Assembly (NCBI GenBank): GCA_021816845.1
Contig: JAKAWT010000001.1
Span: 134,087-198,086, forward strand
Source: a bacterium
GTDB lineage: Bacteria; Patescibacteriota; Dojkabacteria; JAKAPS01; JAJZLI01
Length of the DNA stretch: 64,000 bases
Reading direction: 5' to 3'
The notes below the pieces were generated by a model, which worked only from the letters and a program-made list of their open reading frames with translations, did not search any database and had not been told where the DNA came from. Made by a program: the position numbers and the translations under genes. This document shows, piece by piece, positions 19,640 through 29,309 of this stretch (positions within the stretch are counted from its first letter, which is position 1; each line of letters begins with the position of its first letter).

Positions 19640-19961
19640 AATTTAAAAATAAAAAATCAATAAAATTAGAAAATTTTTCATCTTTCATAGAATATAGTTT
19701 CTGCCTTGATACTCTTTTAAAATCCACCACATTATTATCTCTAAGCTTTGAAAGCATGTGTGAGACATTAGAAATGGAGCTTCCGACAATATTTGCAATA
19801 TCAGTAACATTCATCTCTGGATAATACCTTAATATGTAACAAATTTTTAAAGTTGTAATATCTCCAAAAACATTACATTCCTGAGAACAAGACAAGATTT
19901 TAGTATTATTACCTAGATTTCTTTTTAATTTTTTAATGTCGACACTTGAATACATATTCAA
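19620..19961 (-). CDS. ArsR/SmtB-family repressor (start at TTG 19961 or ATG 19955)
   Basis: FGD.T.LKI, MNVTDIA, SISNVSHMLSKLR, wing YS; three Cys. Confidence 0.85.
   Translation of the reverse strand: MNMYSSVDIKKLKRNLGNNTKILSCSQECNVFGDITTLKICYILRYYPEMNVTDIANIVGSSISNVSHMLSKLRDNNVVDFKRVSRQKLYSMKDEKFSNFIDFLFLNYEQEKY
19946..19961. promoter_or_regulatory. ArsR-type operator over the start of the arsR-tlpA-ccdA-merA operon
   Basis: TTGAATA-CA-TATTCAA inverted repeat just downstream of minus-strand TTGACA (19985-19990) and TATAAT. Confidence 0.7.
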
Positions 19962-20062
19962 ATATTATACTTAAATATAAGATATGTCAAGCTCATACTT
20001 TATATCTGGACTAGAGCTTTTAAGATATATAAACGTATTGACAATATTACATAAAAGATATA

Positions 20063-20086
20063 ATACATGAACATATGTTCATGTAT
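20063..20086. promoter_or_regulatory. ArsR/SmtB-type operator overlapping the second arsR start
   Basis: Perfect 24-bp palindrome ATACATGAACAT|ATGTTCATGTAT directly after TTGACA (20038)...TATAAT; TGAACA-xx-TGTTCA core resembles SmtB/ArsR boxes. Confidence 0.8.
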
Positions 20087-20413
20087 AATAATTGTAGATG
20101 CTCTAAAGAGTCAAATTGTTGCAGATATACTGATAATCAAATGTCATATGTTGGAGAACAATTGAAATTAGTCAGTGTTAAAGCGAGACTTAATTTATTA
20201 TTTCTTCTTGAGAATAAAACTCACTGTGTTTCTGATTTGATGGAGCATACTAATCTCTCACAAAGCCTTATTTCTCACCATTTATCAGATTTAGAGAAAT
20301 CAGGATTTGTCAATTCTAAAAAAGATGGGAGATTTGTTGAATATTCATTGACGCAAAAAGGTGAAGAAATTATTAAAAACATATCAAATATAATAGACAA
20401 GGAGGTGATGTAA
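20075..20413 (+). CDS. ArsR/SmtB-family repressor with Cys-rich N-terminus
   Basis: CRC...CC N-terminus, RLNLL, HCVSDL, LSQSLISHHL, YSL wing. Confidence 0.88.
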   Translation: MFMYNNCRCSKESNCCRYTDNQMSYVGEQLKLVSVKARLNLLFLLENKTHCVSDLMEHTNLSQSLISHHLSDLEKSGFVNSKKDGRFVEYSLTQKGEEIIKNISNIIDKEVM

Positions 20414-20415
20414 TT

Positions 20416-20559
20416 ATGATGAATAAAAAACACTGTTGCGGTGGAGAAAACAAACATATGAATATAGATACAATGTCTAAAGAGAATCTTATTCAAAAAA
20501 AAGAAAGGCTTGAGGAAAGATTAGCAGAAATATCAGAAGCTATTTCAAAAGCTGAATAA
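20416..20559 (+). CDS. 47-aa microprotein with HCCGG motif and coiled coil (below ORF-track cutoff)
   Basis: MMNKKHCCGGENKHMNIDTMSKENLIQKKERLEERLAEISEAISKAE*; strong SD AAGGAGGTG within the arsR 3' end; followed by a hairpin. Confidence 0.8.
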   Translation: MMNKKHCCGGENKHMNIDTMSKENLIQKKERLEERLAEISEAISKAE

Positions 20560-20573
20560 GCCATATTATATGG

Positions 20574-20597
20574 ATAGCAGAAGAGCTCTTCTGCTAT
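20574..20597 (+). terminator. hairpin, probable intrinsic terminator
   Basis: Perfect palindrome ATAGCAGAAGAG|CTCTTCTGCTAT followed by short T-run. Confidence 0.6.
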
Positions 20598-20750
20598 TTG
20601 TAATAAACATTGAAAATATATAAAAACTCTAGGATATTTTACCAGAACAATATGGCTTTAGAATAATAAAAAACACTATAATATATTTTTGATTGACATT
20701 GTTATAGAAAAGACTATACTGTATTTAGTATATTTAATATTTATAATTAT

Positions 20751-21152
20751 ATGGATAATAACACTGATAATACAGAAAATTCTAAAATAGAAACTGAGAA
20801 ACCTGCTTATACTGAAAATAGTTATAAAACAAAAAAAGTTATTTTTAGAGCACATCAGCTAGTCTGGTATATTCTAGGAATAATTGAAGTATTATTAGCC
20901 TTTAGATTTATACTAAAACTCGCAGCTGCAAATCCTGGTAGCGGTTTTGTAAGTTTTATATACTCTACTAGTAATGTTTTCTCTCAACCATTCTCAAGTA
21001 TATTCCATGTAACAGTAACATATAACTCCGTATTCGAATGGTCAACTCTAGTTGCCATGTTTGTATACCTAGTAATTGCATACGGAATTGTTAAGCTTAT
21101 ACAGCTAGTAAATCCTGCAACCCCAGACAAAGTAAAAGAAACAATAGGTTAA
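20751..21152 (+). CDS. YggT-like membrane protein
   Basis: IEVLLAFRFILKL..ANP.SGFV.FIY..S..F..PF motif; upstream TTGACA...TATACT promoter. Confidence 0.8.
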   Translation: MDNNTDNTENSKIETEKPAYTENSYKTKKVIFRAHQLVWYILGIIEVLLAFRFILKLAAANPGSGFVSFIYSTSNVFSQPFSSIFHVTVTYNSVFEWSTLVAMFVYLVIAYGIVKLIQLVNPATPDKVKETIG

Positions 21153-21186
21153 ACTCATCTTCAAAGATTATTACTCCATAAAAAAA

Positions 21187-21225
21187 TTAGGAGCAAATTA
21201 TCATATTGATAAGTTGCTCCCCTAA
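21187..21225. terminator. bidirectional terminator between convergent genes
   Basis: GGAGCAA-A-TTATCA-tat-TGATAA-G-TTGCTCC stem flanked by A-tracts. Confidence 0.65.
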
Positions 21226-21249
21226 AAAGTCTTATAGATTAATTAACTT

Positions 21250-21468
21250 TTAGCTTTTAGCATCTGATCCTTTGAAGGGACCTCCAAATAATGGTGCTAA
21301 TACACAAACATTAAATATACCTGCTAAGAAAGGAATTAATCCTATAATTGCTACAACAATACCTTTTTTACCATGGATTGCTAAGAGCCCTACTAATATT
21401 AATACTAAACCCACAATAACCCTAAGCCATCTGCCTGTTGGAGTAGACATAAATTTTGCAAATTTCAT
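21250..21468 (-). CDS. DUF2892/YgaP-family membrane protein
   Basis: GRWLR...GL.P..AG..NVC...PL motif; ATG 21468 preceded by AAGGAGGTG. Confidence 0.8.
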   Translation of the reverse strand: MKFAKFMSTPTGRWLRVIVGLVLILVGLLAIHGKKGIVVAIIGLIPFLAGIFNVCVLAPLFGGPFKGSDAKS

Positions 21469-21565
21469 ATAAATCACCTCCTTGAAGTTCAGTTATATTA
21501 TATCACAAATAAATATATTAAAATTTATAGTAAAATAATAAAGATAATTCAAATAATTTTATTTC

Positions 21566-22129
21566 ATGAAACAAAAGCTACAAAGGTGCCCATGGGTTAG
21601 TAACAACATTGAATATATAAAATACCATGATACAGAATGGGGTGTCCCTGAACATCAAGAAAAAAAATTATTTGAAATGTTAATTTTAGAATCTATGCAA
21701 GCTGGCCTTTCCTGGCTAATAATTCTTTTGAAAAGAAAAAACTACAGAAAATTATTGGACAATTTTGATTATAAAAAAATATCTTGCTACGATGAAAATA
21801 AAATCTCCAAATTACTTGAGAATAAAGGTATTATTAGGAATAAATTGAAAATTATTTCTATTGTAAATAATGCTAGAGCTTTTATTAATATCCAATCTAA
21901 ATATGGGAGTTTTAACAAATATATATGGGGGTTTGTAGACCATGATAATATTACCAACAAAAATAAAAAACTATTATCAGAAATCATTAGTAAAGAATTG
22001 AAAAAAGAAGGATTCAATTTTGTAGGACCCAAAATATGTTATTCTTTTATGGAATCTATTGGCATATTTAATAATCATAGTGAAGAATGTTTTAGGTACA
22101 AGGAGGTAGAGGAAATAAATGTTATATAG
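21566..22129 (+). CDS. tag: DNA-3-methyladenine glycosylase I
   Basis: RCPW, YHDTEWG, LESMQAGLSW, IIRNKLKI, GFNFVGP, NNH...C. Confidence 0.95.
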   Translation: MKQKLQRCPWVSNNIEYIKYHDTEWGVPEHQEKKLFEMLILESMQAGLSWLIILLKRKNYRKLLDNFDYKKISCYDENKISKLLENKGIIRNKLKIISIVNNARAFINIQSKYGSFNKYIWGFVDHDNITNKNKKLLSEIISKELKKEGFNFVGPKICYSFMESIGIFNNHSEECFRYKEVEEINVI

Positions 22130-22339
22130 ATAAAATAAGATTAAAAAAGACCCTGTAACTACATATAAATAATTGTTCTCTAGAATTGGTAGACTTGAAT
22201 CATTTATAGCTGTAGGTACTCAGTAAAATCCATGCACTCCAATGATACCTTGCCATAAGATAGTTAGAATTGATGGAAAAATATGAGAGATCTATCAAAT
22301 CCATAAAGAAAATCAATTTACTTAATAAACAAGAAGGTT

Positions 22340-22957
22340 TTATAATTTAGATATATCAATAAAGTCTTTACCGACATAAACTAACATTAAAGAGTCATTT
22401 TCTTTTACTAAAAGTGTGGATGACGCATTAGCCACTTTTGAAGTATATATTTCTTCCCTACTAGATTTCCTCATAAAACCGACTAAACATTTTATAGCCA
22501 TAGAATGAGAGAATATAAACACTCTATTAGTATCATTGATACTTGATATAAAATCATACATCCTTTCCCCTACTTCATGCATTGATTCTCCAAATGGTGC
22601 CTTAAAATATTTACCTCTAACTTCCATATCATGTAATACAGATTCTATATAAACCTCTTTTCTTGATCTTCCAGACCATTTCCCTTGATCCATTTCTTGG
22701 AGTCTAGGATCTTCAACCAAATCAATATTTGCTAATCCCATATTATCAACTGCTATACGAGCAGTTTGTATAGTCCTTAAAGCAGGTGATACATATACTA
22801 TATTTGGAATTATATTATTATCTGATAAATACCTTCCCAATTTTAAAGCTTGATCAATACCATCATCTGAAAGGCTTATCTCATTCATCCTCCCAGTAAT
22901 TAGTTCAGGATGTATATTCATTTCTGATTCTGCATGACGAAATAGGTATAATTCCAT
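22340..22957 (-). CDS. histidine phosphatase (phosphoglycerate mutase family)
   Basis: RHAES, SPALRT.QT, L.E.DQG.W.G, GES, FSH. Confidence 0.88.
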   Translation of the reverse strand: MELYLFRHAESEMNIHPELITGRMNEISLSDDGIDQALKLGRYLSDNNIIPNIVYVSPALRTIQTARIAVDNMGLANIDLVEDPRLQEMDQGKWSGRSRKEVYIESVLHDMEVRGKYFKAPFGESMHEVGERMYDFISSINDTNRVFIFSHSMAIKCLVGFMRKSSREEIYTSKVANASSTLLVKENDSLMLVYVGKDFIDISKL

Positions 22958-22963
22958 ATGTAA

Positions 22964-23509
22964 TTAATTGATATATTTGTCTTTAATTATAGAAGAATAT
23001 TCATTCAGTAATTTCATAATTTTAGGTTTAATTATATAACTACAATAAGAATTGTTTTTATTATTATCATAATAATTTATATGATAGTATTCGGCATTAA
23101 AGAAATTTATATATGGCTCAACGCTAGTAGCTATATCATTTTCATATAAACCTGATTTTCTAATTTCACTTATAGTTTCATTTGCAATATTTTTTTGTTC
23201 ATCATTAAAATAGAATATTACAGATCTATATTGTGTCCCTACATCATTTCCTTGCCTATTAACCTCTGTAGGATTATGGGTATGAAGAAATATTTGAATG
23301 AGAGTTTTAAGAGTAATAATATTCTTATCAAATTCCACCTTTATAACTTCAACATGATTTGTTTCACCTGAACAAACTTCTTCATATGAAGGATTTTCAG
23401 TTGTACCGCCAGCATAACCAAGTGTTACAGATAATACACCTTTGATCCTTTTAAATATTGCTTCTGTACACCAAAAACAACCTCCTCCAAAAATTATTTT
23501 TTCATTCAT
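22964..23509 (-). CDS. msrA: peptide-methionine (S)-S-oxide reductase
   Basis: GGGCFWC, GYAGG, NRQGNDVGTQYRS, AE.YH..YY. Confidence 0.96.
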   Translation of the reverse strand: MNEKIIFGGGCFWCTEAIFKRIKGVLSVTLGYAGGTTENPSYEEVCSGETNHVEVIKVEFDKNIITLKTLIQIFLHTHNPTEVNRQGNDVGTQYRSVIFYFNDEQKNIANETISEIRKSGLYENDIATSVEPYINFFNAEYYHINYYDNNKNNSYCSYIIKPKIMKLLNEYSSIIKDKYIN

Positions 23510-23530
23510 ATAAACACATAAAAGTAAATC

Positions 23531-23893
23531 TTAACTTATAGGTACAAATTTGAGTGAAATTGAATTTACACAATGTCTTGTGTTAGTTTTAGTGAAACCT
23601 TCTCCTAAGAATACATGTCCTAGGTGTGCACCACAAGTACTACATATAATTTCAGTTCTGTGAAAATCTTTATCAGGTATTCTTTTGACCTTGCCTTTAA
23701 TTTCTTGATCAAAGCTAGGCCATCCACATCCTGCATCAAATTTGTTCTTAGAAATATATAAAGGTGTTTCACATTGTTTGCAAACATATTCACCTTCATT
23801 AAAAAAATTATCATATTGCCCAGTAAAAGGAGATTCTGTATTCTTATTCAATATAACAGACTCCTCTTCTTTTGTAAGATGGTTCAATTTCAT
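23531..23893 (-). CDS. msrB: peptide-methionine (R)-S-oxide reductase
   Basis: CKQC, GCGWPSF, CSTCGAHLGHVF, RHCVNS. Confidence 0.96.
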   Translation of the reverse strand: MKLNHLTKEEESVILNKNTESPFTGQYDNFFNEGEYVCKQCETPLYISKNKFDAGCGWPSFDQEIKGKVKRIPDKDFHRTEIICSTCGAHLGHVFLGEGFTKTNTRHCVNSISLKFVPIS

Positions 23894-23995
23894 ATGTATT
23901 ATTATACATGATAATACATTGAGAATAAATTAAAGTTGTTTTGCATTTTATCAATTTTATGGTAATATTTGTGATTGTTAGATAACCTAATTATT

Positions 23996-26974
23996 ATGAT
24001 AGACAAACTGGTTTCATACTCATTAAAAAATAGAACTCTGATATTTGTAATATTAATTTTTTTAGTATTATTTGGGACATACTCATATGTGGTGGCCGAT
24101 AGGGAAGTGTTCCCTAATGTTAACCTATCAACTTTAATAATACAGTCAAATTATCCTGGCATAAATGCAAAAGAAGTTTATACAAATATTACAGAACCTA
24201 TCTATAATGCTATAAAGTCTATATCTGGGATAAAGGATATACAAGAAAATGCTAGTAACGGATATACCACCATTATTGTTACGTCCCATTATGGCGTAAA
24301 CCTTAATCAATTAGAACAAAGTATTAACCAAGATATCCAATCAGTACAATTACCTAGTCAAGCCAGCATTCCTAGTGTATCACAATTTAATTTTTCTGAT
24401 ATTCCTATATTAGAATTATCATTTTCCGGAAAAAATCGAGATAATTTTGTAAAAAATACTATTGTTCCATATATAAATACAGTTTCGGGAGTAAGTAGTG
24501 TTTCTTATTATGGGAATCAAACTCAAGAGTTTAAAATTAACCTAAACTATAACAAATTAACTGAGTATAATATCCCTGTATCGACAGTAGAGAGTATTAT
24601 TAAATCATATAATATAGACACTACAATCGGATCAGTTACATCTAGGAATACAACAGAACCAGTAACGATATATTCTAATGTAACAAATATTAATGCTCTC
24701 AATAATTCAATAATATCTTATCACAACGGACAGATTATTAGACTTAAAGATATTGCTACTTTAAGTATTGTGAATGTTTATAGTAATCAAATAGTTGAAA
24801 CAAATGGTAAAAAATCTGACCTAGTAGACATATTTGGACAACAGAATATCAATACCACAAAAGTAATCAGTACAATATTGAATAAGATAAAGCAAATGAA
24901 CATTAAGGGTATACAATACCAAATATTAAGTAATGATACCTCTACTATTAATTCCACTATTAATGGTATATCAAAGGAAACTTTACTAGGAATCATACTT
25001 GCTATATTTATAATATTCATATTTCTAAAAAGTGGAAATATTACTCTAATAGCATCATTGTCTATTCCAATATCAATATTCTTCACCTTAACTTTAATGA
25101 ATATTCAAAATATAACATTTAATATTATGTCACTTTCTGGATTATCAGTAGCACTTGGGAGAATTTTTGATGATAGTATAGTTGTCATTGAGACCATATT
25201 TAGGCATTTATCAGAGGATGCTATAAAGGATGAGAAGTTGCTGATTAAATCTGTGAAAGAGGTTGGAGGAGCAATAACATCATCTACTCTAACAACAATA
25301 GGAGTCTTTTTACCAATAGCATTTGTAGGAGGAATTACTTCATCATTTTTCGTACCATTTGCGTTCACAGCTTCATCTGCACTTATAGCATCACTTTTCA
25401 CTGCAATAATAATTATACCCATATTCAGCGCCATATTCTTATTACGTAAAAATGCTAAATTAAAGAAAAAAGAATTTTTTTTAACAAAATATTATGAGAG
25501 GTTAATAAATATTTCTTTAAACCATAAAATATTGACAATACTAATAACATTCATTGTAATAGTAGCATCACTATTTTTAATACCATTCATAAAGACTGGA
25601 TTTATCCCATCACCTACAAGTCCAAGTGCGATTGTCTCAGGCTCAATTAAAATTGGATCTTCAAAAACAGAGACATATAATACAGCATTAAAAATAGTAA
25701 ATTATATAAAAACAATAAACAATGTATCATTATATACTGTATCAATAGGATTATCAGACAATAGAGGTATCTCAATAAACACAACTCCACAGAACAATAA
25801 ATTTCAGATATTTATAAATTTTAAAAATAATAATAATATTAATAATGAGATCTATAATATAGAAAACTTCTCAAATAAAATCCAAGGATTGAAAAGTCAA
25901 GTAAACCTTTTATCTGCAGTTGGGAATCTAAACTCTGTGGCATTATCTATAAATTCAAATAACCAGAATAATTTGTATGAAGCTAATAACTATCTTCTTA
26001 GCAAATTAAAAAGTATAGGGGGCATAAGTAATATATCTTCAAACTTATCTTTGAATACATCTCAAAAACAAATAATACTAAATAACGATGTAATGTCTCA
26101 AAACCTTTTATCTTCCATACAAGTTCTATCTCAAATATCTCCATATTTCACACCATTAGAAATTAAAAACTACAACATAAATGGATCTTTATATGATACA
26201 TATATATATGTAAACAATCTACCTAATATATCAAATATATATATAACTAATTCTATTGGAGAGAAAATTCTTTTATCTAAAATTGCTGTAGTAAAAAATA
26301 GCAAATATAGTTCAAATATTACATATGAAAATGGTAAAAGAGCATCAGTTATTAATGCATTAATAACTGCAAAAAATACACAAAAAGTGAACTCTAGTAT
26401 AACAAGTTATATTAAAAAAACTCAAAATAAATATAACGTTACTATAACAAACCAGGGATCTTCATCTGAACAATCATCTTCTTTTAATTCTCTTTTTGAA
26501 GCTATGGGAATATCAGTATTTATAGTTCTTGTTATAATGATCATAACATTTTCATCTATCATAGAACCTATTGCAATTCTCTTCTCACTACCTGTAACAA
26601 TAATAGGAGTCCTAGTAGCCTTATTTATAACAGATTCAACACTAGACCTACCTTCTTTGATAGGTATGTTAATGCTTATTGGTATAGTGGTAACAAATGC
26701 CATAGTTCTCCTTACCAAAATTAAACAGAATATTGTAAGTGGTAGTGATATTAGACAAGCTATAATTGATGGAGGGAAAGTAAGATTAAGACCAATACTA
26801 ATGACTGCAATAACAACTATATTTGCTCTATTACCATTAGCATTATTTTCATCAACATCTACTCTGATAGGTAAATCCCTAGCCATAACAGTCATCGGAG
26901 GGCTATTTACCTCTACATTCTTAACTCTATTTATAGTCCCAGTTATTTATTCAATATTAAAAAGATCTAAATAA
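23996..26974 (+). CDS. RND (AcrB/SwrC-like) efflux permease
   Basis: Two large extracytoplasmic loops, ~12 TM, GRIFDDSIVV, GIVVTNAIVL, RLRPILMT; ATG 23996 preferred over TTG 23975. Confidence 0.92.
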   Translation: MIDKLVSYSLKNRTLIFVILIFLVLFGTYSYVVADREVFPNVNLSTLIIQSNYPGINAKEVYTNITEPIYNAIKSISGIKDIQENASNGYTTIIVTSHYGVNLNQLEQSINQDIQSVQLPSQASIPSVSQFNFSDIPILELSFSGKNRDNFVKNTIVPYINTVSGVSSVSYYGNQTQEFKINLNYNKLTEYNIPVSTVESIIKSYNIDTTIGSVTSRNTTEPVTIYSNVTNINALNNSIISYHNGQIIRLKDIATLSIVNVYSNQIVETNGKKSDLVDIFGQQNINTTKVISTILNKIKQMNIKGIQYQILSNDTSTINSTINGISKETLLGIILAIFIIFIFLKSGNITLIASLSIPISIFFTLTLMNIQNITFNIMSLSGLSVALGRIFDDSIVVIETIFRHLSEDAIKDEKLLIKSVKEVGGAITSSTLTTIGVFLPIAFVGGITSSFFVPFAFTASSALIASLFTAIIIIPIFSAIFLLRKNAKLKKKEFFLTKYYERLINISLNHKILTILITFIVIVASLFLIPFIKTGFIPSPTSPSAIVSGSIKIGSSKTETYNTALKIVNYIKTINNVSLYTVSIGLSDNRGISINTTPQNNKFQIFINFKNNNNINNEIYNIENFSNKIQGLKSQVNLLSAVGNLNSVALSINSNNQNNLYEANNYLLSKLKSIGGISNISSNLSLNTSQKQIILNNDVMSQNLLSSIQVLSQISPYFTPLEIKNYNINGSLYDTYIYVNNLPNISNIYITNSIGEKILLSKIAVVKNSKYSSNITYENGKRASVINALITAKNTQKVNSSITSYIKKTQNKYNVTITNQGSSSEQSSSFNSLFEAMGISVFIVLVIMIITFSSIIEPIAILFSLPVTIIGVLVALFITDSTLDLPSLIGMLMLIGIVVTNAIVLLTKIKQNIVSGSDIRQAIIDGGKVRLRPILMTAITTIFALLPLALFSSTSTLIGKSLAITVIGGLFTSTFLTLFIVPVIYSILKRSK

Positions 26975-26996
26975 CTATTTTATTAATTAGAAATAA

Positions 26997-28316
<1,320 letters not shown>

Positions 28317-28323
28317 TTTAAAT

Positions 28324-28770
28324 ATGGAGAATTCATTAGACTTTTATGAAAATGAAGCTCCCCCTTCACAATCAACCCTCCATCAATTATATGAGTCAAT
28401 AGATAGTATCACTACTAACGAGACAACATTTGATGGGATACATCATTATTTACAAGAGGGGGTTAAAGGTAAGTTAATTATAACAAAGGGTAATATAATA
28501 CATATATCTCAAAGAATAAATAATGATCAAGAAGTACCTTTAATATCTATATTAATAGTACAGAACAATAAAGTGATTTGTGAGTATCAGCTAGATAAAA
28601 AAGACGATGTACTATATATTGAAAGATATTCCACACTATATCCACTTAGAAATAATGGATTAATCTCTGACCCTTTAAAACTAGAAAGATATTTAGGACT
28701 TACAAAAACGACAGAACCAGAGATAAGACAACTTATAGCTATTATTAAGGAAGATAGAAATTCAGAATAG
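28324..28770 (+). CDS. hypothetical protein
   Basis: 148-aa ORF filling the space after purA; no recognised motif. Confidence 0.6.
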   Translation: MENSLDFYENEAPPSQSTLHQLYESIDSITTNETTFDGIHHYLQEGVKGKLIITKGNIIHISQRINNDQEVPLISILIVQNNKVICEYQLDKKDDVLYIERYSTLYPLRNNGLISDPLKLERYLGLTKTTEPEIRQLIAIIKEDRNSE

Positions 28771-28782
28771 TGTCAACAATAC

Positions 28783-29079
28783 TTAATAAGAGTAACCATT
28801 TGAAGAGGATGATGATTTAGGTGCTGAGGGGACAGATGCGGTAGGAGAATAAGAGCTACTCCCACTCTTAGTATTTATAGAACTGCTACCAGAAGAATAT
28901 CCTGTTGTAGGAGCTTTGCCTCCTGTGGAAGGAGCTACTGATCCAGTCCAAACTTCTGATCCACTAACATGTAGATTAGGATATACTAAATACCATGAAA
29001 ACCAACCTATAACTCCCCCTACAATCAGAGAAACTACAATCAGAAACGTTTTTGATGATATAATTTTACTCATTCCCAT
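28783..29079 (-). CDS. single-TM protein with S/T/P/G-rich tail
   Basis: N-terminal TM and low-complexity C-terminus; TG-T-TAATAT 6 nt upstream of the ATG. Confidence 0.65.
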   Translation of the reverse strand: MGMSKIISSKTFLIVVSLIVGGVIGWFSWYLVYPNLHVSGSEVWTGSVAPSTGGKAPTTGYSSGSSSINTKSGSSSYSPTASVPSAPKSSSSSNGYSY

Positions 29080-29309
29080 AAATCTATATTAACATTATAT
29101 GTTCTTTTTTGAAAGTAACAATTTATTATTAAAATCTCATTAATAACATCAGAATTATACATACAAGTAGAATTATGGTACAATAGGTTATATTGACTAA
29201 TAGTAGATATTTAAGGTCAGACATTAGATTAAGATCATTCGATCAAAATTCTTGAAATCCTACCCCAAAAATTCTATTCTTTCTCATAGATAATTTATAT
29301 TTTAAAATT

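Noticed and set aside
22964-23893. Selenocysteine forms of MsrA/MsrB
   Set aside because: Catalytic positions are Cys codons with no in-frame TGA
16920-26974. att-site duplication of the tRNA-Asn 3' end
   Set aside because: No second copy found by eye, so no mobile element is called
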